Source of the DNA: Tetramitus jugosus
Taxonomy: Eukaryota > Protista > Heterolobosea
DNA length: 64,000 bases
Direction of reading: 5' to 3'
Assembly (NCBI GenBank): GCA_937625935.1
Contig: OW569392.1
Coordinates: forward strand, 265,989-329,988
The translations under genes and the position numbers were made by a program. Numbering within the stretch: the first letter of the stretch is position 1; each line of letters starts with the position of its first letter. The notes below the pieces were generated by a model. The model was not told the DNA's origin, did not search any database, and saw only the letters and a program-made list of their open reading frames with translations. This document shows, one piece after another, positions 23,010 through 34,878 of the stretch.

Positions 23010-24374
23010 ATGACAGAGTTTGATATCCGAAACTACCAGTTTCTATTTGATCAGGTTCTGGCTGATCCTCTGGCGAGAGGGCAACTCAAAAAGTACATGC
23101 ACAAGGAGCGGAACAGTGAACTCTTTGATTTTTTTGAGTTGTGTGAGAGTTTACAACACAAAAAGTGGCCAACAAGCATTACGATAACAGATATAAACCA
23201 AGCCAAGACATTTGTAAAGCAAATGTATGATACCTTTATTGATCCAATGAGTTTTAGGCAGATCAATGTCGGATCTGACACACTCAAACGTGTGAGAGAT
23301 GCAGTTCGAATGTTTTGTGAGGAAGCGGATGAGACTACCTTCGATCTGACTGTAGTGAATCAGCAGGATTCTGAGATTTTCGATGTTGTACTTCTAATTT
23401 TCAGACCTGCCTATCTATCTGTGATGAATAGCTTAGAGAGGGACTCATTTGTTCGATTTGTTCGCAGCCCGGAATGGAAAAAGTTTGTAAAGGCCAAGTA
23501 CAGGAGATTATCTGATCTGGAGCATATAGCAGTGCACAAGACTCAATTGAAACAAATATTGGTGACCATTCAAGACGAAGAAAGAAATTATATTTCAGCT
23601 AGGGACATTGAGATGACAAGAAATGTGATGAGAGATGGTGTAGATTCGAAATTGATTGATAGCGTTGATTACAATCTCAAATATGTTCAATCCATGTTAC
23701 TATTCTCTTGTAGCTTGAAGATTAGCGATCCAGCGTTAGAGAAAAAGTGTGGGCCTCTCGTCACATACAAACGAGTGGTAACTTACAATTGTCCTGCTAG
23801 AGATGTTCTGACCGCGCTTCAATGCGGACTCTTGTCTGACTTTGTACTAGGGGAGATCAAATTTGATGATATCGAGCTCGTTAGAGCTAACAATGATACT
23901 TTGGAGCAGAGAGACAACACAAATGATGTATCGCTGAATTCTCTAGTATTCAAATATGATCATTTAATCCCATTGGTTGCCAAGAGAAGATCCATATTTT
24001 GTTTTTCAACAGTCTATGTACCCAAAGATGACACGTACTATGTCATTATTAAGCCAGGACCTCCCAAGGAGGCTACTCCTCCAAATGTTGTTCCCATGAG
24101 ATTTTACTCTAGAGATACGTTCGAAGTCATTGACAACAATAGATCTAGGCACACTTCTGTCCTGTCTCTGTCTCTAGGAGGAAAGCTCGATGGTAATGCC
24201 TTGCTAGACTATTTAGGAAAGAAGATTCAAATTGCCACACACAGAGGAATTGTGCAGCGAACAGAGGCGGCTCTCGTGTCGTATATCGATCATATGCAAC
24301 GGGCACCACTCAGAGATTCCAAAAGAGCTGTCGAGATTATGCAGATGAACAAAGATATTGGGGATTTGCTGTAG
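23010..24374 (+). CDS. RGS-domain protein with C-terminal START-like domain
   Basis: RGS motifs (LKKYMHKERNSELFDFF, QINV, LERDSFVRFVRS). The C-terminal helix-grip-like pattern is inferred. Confidence 0.75.
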   Translation: MTEFDIRNYQFLFDQVLADPLARGQLKKYMHKERNSELFDFFELCESLQHKKWPTSITITDINQAKTFVKQMYDTFIDPMSFRQINVGSDTLKRVRDAVRMFCEEADETTFDLTVVNQQDSEIFDVVLLIFRPAYLSVMNSLERDSFVRFVRSPEWKKFVKAKYRRLSDLEHIAVHKTQLKQILVTIQDEERNYISARDIEMTRNVMRDGVDSKLIDSVDYNLKYVQSMLLFSCSLKISDPALEKKCGPLVTYKRVVTYNCPARDVLTALQCGLLSDFVLGEIKFDDIELVRANNDTLEQRDNTNDVSLNSLVFKYDHLIPLVAKRRSIFCFSTVYVPKDDTYYVIIKPGPPKEATPPNVVPMRFYSRDTFEVIDNNRSRHTSVLSLSLGGKLDGNALLDYLGKKIQIATHRGIVQRTEAALVSYIDHMQRAPLRDSKRAVEIMQMNKDIGDLL

Positions 24375-24458
24375 TCAGGCATCAGCAACCGTAATACAGC
24401 CAATCAGAAGGAAATTGTAGGAGTGTGATGTGTGAACATGCTTTTTCATGCAATTTTA

Positions 24459-25277
24459 TTATACAGTGGCTGATTTGAGAACGTACGATTCGAGTTTCTG
24501 CTCAAATCGTTCCTTTGTGGGAGTCCCTTGTTCTGCAGCCTTATGAGCACTCTCATAATCTTTCATTCCCTGTTCCTTCTCGCCCAACTTGAAATAAGCG
24601 AGTGCACGATGCTTGAGAATCGTAGATTTCATCGTTTCCATATTTGAGTCACTGAGAACCGATAGAGCTTTCGTTGCCAGTTGAACATTTTCTTGATACA
24701 AGCCCAATATTTCTTGAACTTCTAGCAGTTTCAAGTACGCACCAATCAACCTTGGATAATTATGGATGCACTTCTCAAACGATTCAATAGACAATTGCAA
24801 AGCAGACTCATCAAAGCTTGCCATCTCCTTGTAATACAATCCGAGCATATAACTACAGATGGGTCCATATTGAGCACTACGATCATTTCGATTGATCCAA
24901 TTCTTGTTCAATTCATTCACAATCACATTCCACTCACTCTGTGTCATTGGTTCTGACATGTCACCAGCCAAGCAAATGGTGGCGAAGAAACGGTACAGCA
25001 TTTTGGCGAATTCCACATGTGAAGAATGAAATTCTCCCGAGAAGACATCGAATTGTTGGTTGATCCATTGTAAATAATCGGACAAAATTGCCCAATTAAT
25101 CTCATCAGAAACTCCTCGAGAGGTGTAGATATCGGATGATAGTACATCGGATCCTACGAGAACAAACACTTTTTCCAGTGCTTCAGTCTGTTCCTCTAAA
25201 GGATAATTAACAAGATCATAAGCATGATTAAGAATGGTTTCAAATATATTGCTGTTGGAACTTTGAAGGGTTGACAT
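24459..25277 (-). CDS. TPR-repeat protein
   Basis: TPR-like helical pairs, e.g. HRALAYFKLGEKEQGMKDYESA. Confidence 0.65.
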   Translation of the reverse strand: MSTLQSSNSNIFETILNHAYDLVNYPLEEQTEALEKVFVLVGSDVLSSDIYTSRGVSDEINWAILSDYLQWINQQFDVFSGEFHSSHVEFAKMLYRFFATICLAGDMSEPMTQSEWNVIVNELNKNWINRNDRSAQYGPICSYMLGLYYKEMASFDESALQLSIESFEKCIHNYPRLIGAYLKLLEVQEILGLYQENVQLATKALSVLSDSNMETMKSTILKHRALAYFKLGEKEQGMKDYESAHKAAEQGTPTKERFEQKLESYVLKSATV

Positions 25278-25568
25278 GATTTTTGCGCGTTACTACCGGT
25301 ATTCCAATGTGATGTGTTATTCACGTGTTGTTGATGTTGTTTTGGATGGATCCAAGGATGTGTGGATTAGGAAAAGTTCTGTGTCACACAACGCGTTTAC
25401 AGAAATAGCCAATCAACCTGGTTACGAAGCCTCAAAATAGAATCTGTTCCTTCAAAAAAAAATGCACTTGATGCTTCAAGTTCGCGCAGTTCTTTACAAA
25501 GATCATCTACGATTATGGATGAGTAGATCACCATCTGATCTGAAGATGTATTGACTACCTTCCAATTG

Positions 25569-26096
25569 TTAATCCTCTTTGGTCTTAAAGGTAATCAAAG
25601 GCTTGGCGTAGATGGGTACAAAAACAACATGTTTGATGAAAATGATCACATTGATCAACACTGCCAAGAACAAAGTAATGATGAGAAACAGTCGAAAGAA
25701 GAAGTGATTATCCCTTTCCTTTTGATACTCACTGTTTTAGCTTCATGAACCAATCCAGTGCACATAGATTCCAAAAAGCGCACATACCGTATCATTCTCT
25801 CCCGTCAGATTGGTGTTAACTGTAGCTGCGAGTGGAGCTTTGGGAGCCAACAAGAAGAATAGGAACACAATTAGAGGTAGCAGAAAGCCAAAGCTACAAC
25901 AGCAACTAATAGGAATGATATGGATTAGCTCGAACCATTTCTTAAGAAGAATCATGAGCACTACTTACACCTTCTTCCGTTTGGCATTGAGGAAACAAGC
26001 CATCACAAAAGCTATGGCAGAAATGCCAAGAGAAATGAAGAATATCAAGAGCCCCCATCCAATACCTAGCCTATTCATAACGCCTGATTGCACCAT
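25569..26096 (-). CDS. Putative small multi-pass membrane protein (spliced or disrupted)
   Basis: Three hydrophobic segments readable from ATG 26096 to TAA 25569. They are interrupted by stops inside GT...AG-bounded stretches. Exact splice sites not resolved. Confidence 0.4.
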
Positions 26097-26428
26097 AGTT
26101 TAGATTTTGTTGCGCAAAATTTGTTTCGAACCAACTAAAAAAGCCTACATTACTGAGGGTTCTCGAGTAGTCTCCTATCTCAATACTAACTCAGCCAGAT
26201 GGTGCTTAACTTCTCTATTCGAAATGGGAAGAGGTGGTTCCACCATTGTATGAACGTAGACACTCTACTATAGAAATTGCCCTATTTCTGATCTGTTTGC
26301 AAGACGCTATGGACTTCCATAGGGGCTGCTTGATTAGACTGGTATTGACAACTTGCATCTTCTGAAGATGCAATGAAGAATGGAGAAGATGAACAATAGA
26401 AAACGTTTGCACTTTTTTACTTTACATT

Positions 26429-27046
26429 TTAGAACAAGTAAGCCAAAAGAGCGAGCAACAAGACACCCACACTCACAGTCATTTGAGTGGCTCCGTTTGC
26501 GCAAGTTGGGCATGCAGTACATCCAAGCTTGGAGCTACCATATGGTGTTGCTACACAGTCAAGAGTGAGAGTCACAACTCCTGAACACTTGCTGCACCAC
26601 TCGTCAGAACAAGAAGTCAAAGTCATTTCTCCGTCCTTGTTACAAACATGCTTGTAATACTTTCCTGCAGTCTTTGATTGAACACATGAGCTAGAAATGC
26701 TTCCAGTGTATCGTTGGCTCTTGATTGCTCCGTCACACTGTTCATTGGCGTATGATGTAGTAGTCCAATAGTAGTAGCTCGTGTTGCTCACGTACAATTG
26801 AAGCTCACTAACACCTGTTGAACATGTAGCGATCGAACTTTGGAAATCTCCTGGAGGGAATTCAGATGTAGTGCAGTTGGTTGTTCCGACTCCGCTGCAA
26901 CTACCGGCGTTTACCTCTTCATACCAGAGTGATTTTGGATCTTTGGTGCCACCGCAGACTTTTCCTTCGTAAGTTCTTTCAAGTCTTCCATAACAGTTGA
27001 CGTAGGTGACTAAGAGCAGCAATGCCAGTATGATGAGAATCTTCAT
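26429..27046 (-). CDS. Cys-rich GPI-anchored surface protein, paralog 1
   Basis: Signal peptide, multiple Cys, C-terminal GATQMTVSVGVLLLALLAYLF GPI-type signal. Confidence 0.8.
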   Translation of the reverse strand: MKILIILALLLLVTYVNCYGRLERTYEGKVCGGTKDPKSLWYEEVNAGSCSGVGTTNCTTSEFPPGDFQSSIATCSTGVSELQLYVSNTSYYYWTTTSYANEQCDGAIKSQRYTGSISSSCVQSKTAGKYYKHVCNKDGEMTLTSCSDEWCSKCSGVVTLTLDCVATPYGSSKLGCTACPTCANGATQMTVSVGVLLLALLAYLF

Positions 27047-27993
27047 GTTAATGTAGAGTGAATTGTGTTATTGTTTCTTAGTTAGCTTTGAGTTTCAAAC
27101 TCGTACGCAATCCTCGAACAGTTATGTGGGGCAGAGAGGTACGTTGTGGCAAGAGTTCTCGTGTGAACATTACTCTACCCATCATCTGTCCAATAACACT
27201 CTGGTCAACCAACGGAGACGAGAACTCTCGTGTCAAGAGCTATGCACAAAAAAGGAATGCGCGACCGAATCGAATTTGAAGGTCGCGGAAAATTGACGCT
27301 TCGATCGCTTCGATTGGCACAAATGAGAAAATTCAAATCTCAATGTGGTTGGTGTGGATTTTGTTGGGGGATGTATATCCAGTCTTGTGTTCCATCACTC
27401 GTTCCAGAATGATGATAACGTGAGGTTTATTAAAGCTTTAATAGATAAGTGCACTCATTTGTAGTTCGGTGGATATCTGTCTCACCGGACACCAAAGTTC
27501 TACAGTCTCGCCCTCGATGTGCAAGAATGTCCAGAATACGTTACTCAACTAATTGATTTCCGATTTTCTTGTATCACACTCAAAAGGTAGAACCGTTGTG
27601 AAGTTGTATGAGGAGAATTCCGGTTACTTGATACATGACTGATCTTCCCATATTAATGGTTAGTTTTCCATTTATGAATTTCATGTTAGACAATTTTTGA
27701 TCTGAATGGTCAGTGGTACACGCTGTAAATGTCGGTTGGCAGATTTCTTAATCGCGTTTCAACAAGTACTTGTTACGCAATTTTTACACATTCCCTCTCA
27801 GGAGCTTGTACTAGAGGGTTCAGCTGACGTAGTTGTTTACAGTATTGTGAACAGACAAGCATCAACTTGCTTTCAACCATCGAACATACGAGATAAGATA
27901 CATCTTTCTCCCAACTGCACAAATGGGTCTTGATTCATCAACAAAGTAGTGTTTTATTCTAAGCATTCATCTTGAAAGCATCGTTCTTTAGTT

Positions 27994-28599
27994 TTAGAAT
28001 AAGAAGCACAAAAGAGCTGTCAGCAAAACTCCAACACTCAATGTCATCTGAGTGGCTCCGCTTCCAGCAGTACATCCCAACATGGTACTTCCCATAAATG
28101 TCTCGAAACACCCATTGGGTGGTGTCACAACCCCTGAACACTTAGTGCAATAATAATCAGAACAGGAAGTCAATGTCATTTCTCCATCCTTGTTACAAAC
28201 ATGGCGGTAATACACTCCTGTAGTCTTAGTAGGAATGCAGCTGTTGCTTATACTTGAAATGTAACGTAGCGTTTTGATTACTCCATCGCATTGCTGACCA
28301 GTGTAATCAATGGAGGTAAAGTACGCGGTGGTATTCCCGGCAAGAGGTGGAAGTTCATTAGGGCTTCTAGCACAAATTGTATATTTGCTTTGATAGTCCC
28401 CTGGAACTCGTTCTGAAGTGGTGCAATTAGTTTCAGTCACTACATTGCAAGAGAGAGAGTTCATATCTTCGTACCGGAGCTCTCTTGGACCTCTACCAGA
28501 TGTACAAGAACGACCAGCATAAGTTACTTCAAGATATCCAACACAGTGCACATAGGTGATGAAGAGGAGAAGAAATGATAGAATAATTGTTAATCTCAT
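27994..28599 (-). CDS. Cys-rich GPI-anchored surface protein, paralog 2
   Basis: Colinear with 26429-27046 (shared HVCNKDGEMTLTSCSD, CSGVVT, GATQMTLSVGVLL). Confidence 0.8.
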   Translation of the reverse strand: MRLTIILSFLLLFITYVHCVGYLEVTYAGRSCTSGRGPRELRYEDMNSLSCNVVTETNCTTSERVPGDYQSKYTICARSPNELPPLAGNTTAYFTSIDYTGQQCDGVIKTLRYISSISNSCIPTKTTGVYYRHVCNKDGEMTLTSCSDYYCTKCSGVVTPPNGCFETFMGSTMLGCTAGSGATQMTLSVGVLLTALLCFLF

Positions 28600-28868
28600 G
28601 ATACTGTTTTTTCAATTGTTTGTTGGGTGAAACAGAACAAACGTCAGCTCTTCAAAATCCTTGGTCAACCATCGGGCTGAATCGCACATACTTCAAAGTT
28701 GAGGTTGGAAGCTGTGGTTCGGAAGAATTCAGACATCCTTCTTAGGTAATGCCTAACCGATAACACAAAGCTCGAAATCGGGAAAGGTGTTCGTCACTCC
28801 GTTGAAATGTTGGACAAGAAAATACTTAATTACACAATTTTACATTTACATGGTCGTGCTCCAATCTC

Positions 28869-29678
28869 TTACCACAAGAAACCAGAGACTCTAGCATTCA
28901 TCAGTTCAGATTGGTACACTTTCTGTCCCTTGTTGCTACCTGCTGCTCCAGCAACCACCAACAATGGCATCAAATGCTCTGCCTTGTTCACAGGATGTGC
29001 CTCGTGACTCTTTGGCATATTCGCCCATTCCACCAATTTTTTTTCTCTGTCTTCTTGTGATGGACTGATGCAAGCTTCAGTCAACGCTTCATCAAACTCT
29101 GCACCATATACCTTTCTTGATCCACCGCCACTAAAGAAAATGGACATGTTGTGAAAAGATAAGCCACTACCAACAATGGCCACTCCTTCATCTCTCAACG
29201 GTTCCAGAGCTTTACCCATACGAATGTGTAGAGCTGGATCCTGAGACGACAAAACACTCATTTGAACAATAGGGATATCAGCATCGGGCACCATGAGCTT
29301 CAACGGAACAAAAACTCCGTGATCCCATCCACGTTTATCATCTAGCTTTGGAGAAAATCCAGCTTGCTTTAATAAATCAAAAGTTCTCTGGGCAATCAAA
29401 GGCTCACCTGGAGCAGGATACTTGATATTGTAGGACTCTTTTGGAAAACCATAGTAATCATAGTACAGGTCATGCTTGGAGTTGCTTGAGATGGTTGGTT
29501 GAGATGTTTCCCAATGAGCAGTCACCAACAGAATGGCCTTTGGTTTATTGTTCGATGAGAACAAGAGCTTTGGAGCTTGTTTGGAGAGAAATTGGGTCAG
29601 AGAGGCATGTGAGGGATCACCTAGGATGGGTAATGGACCACCACCATGAGGAACAAATAGAGCAGGTGCGCGTTGCAT
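28869..29678 (-). CDS. DODA-type (LigB-family) extradiol ring-cleavage dioxygenase
   Basis: PHGGGP, TAHWET, RGWDHGVFVPL, GSGLSFHN, AHP...EHLMPL motifs. Likely start MQRAP at 29678. Confidence 0.92.
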   Translation of the reverse strand: MQRAPALFVPHGGGPLPILGDPSHASLTQFLSKQAPKLLFSSNNKPKAILLVTAHWETSQPTISSNSKHDLYYDYYGFPKESYNIKYPAPGEPLIAQRTFDLLKQAGFSPKLDDKRGWDHGVFVPLKLMVPDADIPIVQMSVLSSQDPALHIRMGKALEPLRDEGVAIVGSGLSFHNMSIFFSGGGSRKVYGAEFDEALTEACISPSQEDREKKLVEWANMPKSHEAHPVNKAEHLMPLLVVAGAAGSNKGQKVYQSELMNARVSGFLW

Positions 29679-29981
29679 TGTTTTTGATCTGTTGGTTGTT
29701 AGTTGTTGTTTCGTTATAGGTTTTGTTGTTGTTGATCGATGGTGCAAGCTAAAAAGCTCTCGAACAGCCTGTCTAATGGTGGGAATTGCGCCGACGGGCA
29801 TTTCTCAGGAACAACTAGAAGAAAAGAACGTCGGTGAATTCTTTATGGAGGAAGGGATGAATGGACGTCCAATTGTTCTTTTGGTGGTGTAGAGCTGATA
29901 ATACCATAGTACAGATGTTCGATGATTGCATATATTCTCGATATTTCTGAAGAATGTTTACGATTATGTCTTGGCGTTTTC

Positions 29982-32900
29982 TCAGAGCTGATGGCTAATC
30001 TCTTGTAAGACTGTTGTAATGGTTTCAAAGTTGGGTCGATCAGTTGCCTGGTGAGCCCAACAACGAGTACAGAGATCAAAGTATTGACGAACCAGAGTGG
30101 CAATCATTTCTGGGGAAATATTGTCATGTTCCAGACCATTGCTCCGAGTGAAATATTGAGAGATGAGCTGATAGTGTTTTTCGTCTTGAGGTAGATCAAC
30201 TCGAGTGATCTGTTCTGGGATGGATGGTCTGTGGCCTTGAATTACCTTTAGTCCAAGAGCAAATTGATTCGCAAATAATTGAGAGGAGGAACTGTTGCTC
30301 AAGTATGGTCTTTCGAGGGTGAAAACCTCGTGCATCATTACACCAAAACTATAGACATCACACTTTTCATCGTATGGTTCTTGTTGCAGCAATTCAGGAC
30401 ACATGTATTGCATTGTACCATAACTTACGCCAATGGTTAAAGACGTATCTGCAATCCTTGATAATCCAAAGTCACAAATCTTGCACGTACCGTCCTTCTT
30501 CATGAGAATGTTTTGTGGCTTGAGGTCTCGATGTACAATCTTGTTCTCTCTTGAATGAAGGTATGTCATTCCTTGAGCAACATCGATGAGAACACGAAGT
30601 TTTTCGTCAAATTTCTTCAAATGTCTTTTGCTGAGAGCATCATCCAGACTTCCTCCATCAACATACTCTGTAATAATATATTTTTGATCTCTGCGATCTA
30701 CACTAAAACCATAGAGCATTAGAATGTTGGGATGTCGAAGGCAGTTCAACACAGACACTTCTCTGACAAATGAATCTTCGTCTTCAACTTTCAGTCTCTT
30801 AATTGCAACATCTTGATTATACCAAATACCTCGGAATACTGAGCCATACGCACCTTCACTAATTTTAGAAGAAAATTTGAGTTCATCAATGTCGATTCTT
30901 ATCGTAGATAGCAGTTGAGTGCTCTGCGATTCTAAATCATCATCAGCCATTGATGAGAGTTCAAAATTCAAGAGCTTCTCATGTAACATTGAATCCTTCT
31001 TTCTCTGAACTCTTCGCTTATTCAGATACCACAAAATAGCTGATACTAGAGACAGGAATAAACATGCGATGACACTGACACTTGGTACTGCAATCGAAAC
31101 AATGACCTTCCATTTGGTCTCTGTTCTCATTGTGTTCTTTCCTTCATCGACGTCTTTATATTGGCAATTGTTCGGTTGGACAATATAATAAAGAACATCA
31201 TCTTGATCAGCGCTACTCAGTAGGAGATGAAAGGTCTCGAAAACATTATCTACATAGAAATCGACAATTCCATCATGGGGACGAGGGATATTTAAAATAT
31301 AGTTCCACACGAAATGAACACCGTCGAATTTGATCAGCATTGTTTCTGCTGCAGTATTGGTCGTTGTGTTGATGCATGTATTGGACACCAAATAGAAATT
31401 ATGCCCTGCAACATAGAAAGAGCGAAGGAACTTTCTTGAGTGTCCATTTGATCCACAATTCAACGATGCTAAGTATGGGATTTCTGTCTCTTTGATGTTG
31501 GATCCTGGTAAAGGAAACACCTTCGTTCCAATTAACAAAATTCTATTCTTTTCATCAATAGTAATTTGGGCCTCAATGTCTGGAAACACTATAGGATCAA
31601 TGTTCAGCAAGATCGGAGTTGTTGATGTGGGAAGTAGTTCATACGGATCAAAGTGATTAATAATAATCCTACTAAGGGACGTATTAATTGTTTTCATGAT
31701 GATTCCATTATAATAAGGTATAAAGGTAGCCTCCTCTGTTGCTCCATCATTCACCATACCAAACGATAGGAGACGAGTTACGCACAGCGAAGCAGAATTG
31801 AGCTCCAATAACACAAACAGAGGATATTCCCAACCACTCAACGATGAAGGAACAGTTACAACTTGAGAACAACCATCAAAGTTAAGCTTGCCGATATCCA
31901 AAATGTTAGCTATCTTGGCGATCCCTATTAGTTTTGATTCGAATAATCGAACTGGGATAAAATCTTGGAGTTTCGGAAACTTGTATTTTCCTCTCAAAGG
32001 TTCGATTTTGTCATTAAAGATGTTATGGATATCATATTCTTCAACCTGAAACAAACTGTTAATACGAGTCGCTCTAGTGATCGTAGTTGATTGCCATGAG
32101 GGACTGAGAACGTTGATATGAACTAAATCACCTGATTCAATCGATTTCTTCTTTGTTAAAGATTGTCCTGCTCCTGTATAAAAGTTAATCAATCCGTTCT
32201 CTAAGCGAATAGCAACTCTAGTTGCATTCGACCATACAACTCGTGAATTGCTCGGCAACTTTGCTTCTTGTAATTTCACAACAAAACTCTCGGGCCCGAA
32301 ATTACAGATAGTGTCTCTTGAAGGCAAAATACGGTCTTGACAATTTTCTGGTTGAGTAATGGCATTGGATAAACAAACACAATTGTTAGGTCCAGTGCAA
32401 GTTTCCTTCCCGCAAGAATTTGTTGTGTTAGCTGCAACTCCATTACAAATGGGAATTGAACACGAACTTCCAGACCAACCATTCGAACAAGAGCAACGAT
32501 CATGTGCAATGCAGCTCCCGTGTCCTGTACACACAAAGGGATTCGTCTCAGGGAATTCATGGCAGATACTAAAATTACAGATTTGGCCATAATAACCTGT
32601 CACACAATCGCAATGGTTCGGTGAGGTACAATTACCTTTTCCTGAGCAAACCAAGTTGTGATTCTCTGAAACACCATAACACACATTGTGTTCGCAACTA
32701 TCACCTGAAAAGCCGATATCACACTCACAATAGTCGAAACTCGAACAATTTCCATGGCTGGAGCATACCTGGTTCGATGCACTACTTATCCCATTACACA
32801 TTGTGTGCTCACAGTTAGAACCTGTCCATGAAAGCTCACATGTACAATTTTCTGGTACAGAGCAATTTCCACGTCCTGAGCAAACCCCATCCTCATTCGC

Positions 32901-34700
32901 AGCCAATCCTGCACATATGGCATACTGACAGTTATCACCTCTCCAGTGATCTCCACATGAACAATTATTGTGACCAACACAAAGGCCAACTCCATTACAA
33001 ACTTGGTCGGATCGGGAGGAGTTTACTCCGAAACACGTAGTAAACTGGCAGAGATCACCAGACCAGTACTGGTCACACTGACATGAGTCAGGAGCAACAC
33101 ATGATCCATGACTTGAGCAAACATCATTACTTGAGGATAAAATGTTGTTACATGTGTGATTCCCACAATCCTGACCTCCCCAACCGTGATGACACATGCA
33201 AATATCGAGTTCAACACATTCACCGTGTCCAGCACAAACTGTATCTATATCAGTCCAAATTATTCCAAAGCAAGATGCTTCAACCATGGTGGCTAAGAAT
33301 GATTGATCTTGAAGTGTTATATTGTTATTAAGCTCAACATACCCCCGTGTTCGACCAGAAACAAAGATATTATCCAACCCGCTAACATGAACTCGGCTTA
33401 GAACATCATCATCACCAGGTTTCTTACATGAACTTATTGTGATGACGTTTAAAAGTTTTCCATCATCTGAATATGTGGCGATGAATCCACCTAGATCTTC
33501 TCCAACACCAGCAAATATTTCATGAGAGGAAAAGGATGCTGATCCACTGAAACAACCAGTCACAACAACACTTCCATCTGACAATACATCGAGATCTGAG
33601 GCAATATCGTAGCCTTGACCACCGGCAGTATTTACCCATCTTACTTGACAATTCATGTCCATCTTCACAAGAAAGATATCGGTGTCTCCAACAGATACAG
33701 CTGGCAGAGAACCAAAATTGGCCTGGTTGCTGAAATATCCTGCAACAAACACAGAATCACCGCTCTTCGATAGGCGAATTACCTGAGCTGAATTTTGATT
33801 GAAAACTCCAAACCGTTGCTCACAAATTGGTGACCAATCACTAGAGGATAACCTAGCAACAAATCCATTCTGATTCACTGCAGTATGCGAGAAGAGAGTT
33901 CCCGTAAAACGGCCTGCTACAAAGAGAGAATCTGTTGTGGGAGCAATACTCAGTCCATATGAATTTGTACCCAGATGAAAAAGAAATGGGTCACTACCTA
34001 CGTGTCCCCAAGACCAAATGTTCGCTCTTTGAGACTTGCGACCAATTGAAAATATAGAGTTTTCTGAGTTCATGGCTACGTCGACCATAAGGTCTTTATC
34101 GTGAGAGGTCCAGCTTGCTACTCCAGCAGCATTAAAATGTGCGATATAAGCACAGTAATCACACGTCACATTGGGTTCCGCAGCATTGCCAAAACGCACT
34201 GTTGCTCGACTGTTTGCTGCAGTGCCTACAACTGCGATTAAATTTTCTGACGCTTCAATACCATAGACTGTACCCATAGCAGTATCGATGGGGTTGATAA
34301 TGTTTGATGTCCATTCTGTCATAAAAGTGTTCCCAGAAGGTACCAATTTAGTCAAAAACCCTCCAGTTCCATCTAAATGACCAGAAATGTACAAAGCTGT
34401 ACCGCTGGGCGAGGTGGTAATCCCACGAACATCACTCTGCAACGATATCACCCGATTGAAAACATATCTTCTCTTCAATCCAACATGTTCGCACCATTTT
34501 CCATAACGTCGACTGTTTACTCCACAGTCACATGTATCTTGTGCCACACAAACACCATTCGAAGAGCAGACAGTGCTTGCGTCGCTAGTTATCCCTTTGC
34601 AAGAGATGATTGGGGCACTCGCAATTGAACACCCAATTCCAGTGTAACAACACATCAACCCATACAGCACAAAGATCACTACCAAATGTAAAGTCTTCAT
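29982..34700 (-). CDS. Receptor-like TKL protein kinase with beta-propeller and tandem EGF/tenascin-like repeats
   Basis: Signal peptide from MKTLHL (34700), about nine CxGxGxC...CxCxxGWxG repeats, TM helix, kinase motifs EGAYG, VAIK, HRDLKPQN, DFG, DVYSFG. Confidence 0.92.
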   Translation of the reverse strand: MKTLHLVVIFVLYGLMCCYTGIGCSIASAPIISCKGITSDASTVCSSNGVCVAQDTCDCGVNSRRYGKWCEHVGLKRRYVFNRVISLQSDVRGITTSPSGTALYISGHLDGTGGFLTKLVPSGNTFMTEWTSNIINPIDTAMGTVYGIEASENLIAVVGTAANSRATVRFGNAAEPNVTCDYCAYIAHFNAAGVASWTSHDKDLMVDVAMNSENSIFSIGRKSQRANIWSWGHVGSDPFLFHLGTNSYGLSIAPTTDSLFVAGRFTGTLFSHTAVNQNGFVARLSSSDWSPICEQRFGVFNQNSAQVIRLSKSGDSVFVAGYFSNQANFGSLPAVSVGDTDIFLVKMDMNCQVRWVNTAGGQGYDIASDLDVLSDGSVVVTGCFSGSASFSSHEIFAGVGEDLGGFIATYSDDGKLLNVITISSCKKPGDDDVLSRVHVSGLDNIFVSGRTRGYVELNNNITLQDQSFLATMVEASCFGIIWTDIDTVCAGHGECVELDICMCHHGWGGQDCGNHTCNNILSSSNDVCSSHGSCVAPDSCQCDQYWSGDLCQFTTCFGVNSSRSDQVCNGVGLCVGHNNCSCGDHWRGDNCQYAICAGLAANEDGVCSGRGNCSVPENCTCELSWTGSNCEHTMCNGISSASNQVCSSHGNCSSFDYCECDIGFSGDSCEHNVCYGVSENHNLVCSGKGNCTSPNHCDCVTGYYGQICNFSICHEFPETNPFVCTGHGSCIAHDRCSCSNGWSGSSCSIPICNGVAANTTNSCGKETCTGPNNCVCLSNAITQPENCQDRILPSRDTICNFGPESFVVKLQEAKLPSNSRVVWSNATRVAIRLENGLINFYTGAGQSLTKKKSIESGDLVHINVLSPSWQSTTITRATRINSLFQVEEYDIHNIFNDKIEPLRGKYKFPKLQDFIPVRLFESKLIGIAKIANILDIGKLNFDGCSQVVTVPSSLSGWEYPLFVLLELNSASLCVTRLLSFGMVNDGATEEATFIPYYNGIIMKTINTSLSRIIINHFDPYELLPTSTTPILLNIDPIVFPDIEAQITIDEKNRILLIGTKVFPLPGSNIKETEIPYLASLNCGSNGHSRKFLRSFYVAGHNFYLVSNTCINTTTNTAAETMLIKFDGVHFVWNYILNIPRPHDGIVDFYVDNVFETFHLLLSSADQDDVLYYIVQPNNCQYKDVDEGKNTMRTETKWKVIVSIAVPSVSVIACLFLSLVSAILWYLNKRRVQRKKDSMLHEKLLNFELSSMADDDLESQSTQLLSTIRIDIDELKFSSKISEGAYGSVFRGIWYNQDVAIKRLKVEDEDSFVREVSVLNCLRHPNILMLYGFSVDRRDQKYIITEYVDGGSLDDALSKRHLKKFDEKLRVLIDVAQGMTYLHSRENKIVHRDLKPQNILMKKDGTCKICDFGLSRIADTSLTIGVSYGTMQYMCPELLQQEPYDEKCDVYSFGVMMHEVFTLERPYLSNSSSSQLFANQFALGLKVIQGHRPSIPEQITRVDLPQDEKHYQLISQYFTRSNGLEHDNISPEMIATLVRQYFDLCTRCWAHQATDRPNFETITTVLQEISHQL

Positions 34701-34878
34701 CTCGTTGTGTGGTTTGAATAATGTTCGTTTTATTGGGATGTTTCCACGGGGATCGTACAAGTGAAAGATGACGTCTGAACTGGTTCCCCCTCCCAATAAA
34801 ACGAAATTCACCCAATTTGGTTCTTCATTCGAACGACAACGATACAACTAACAGGGGTTTATTCTTCGATGAAAGCAC

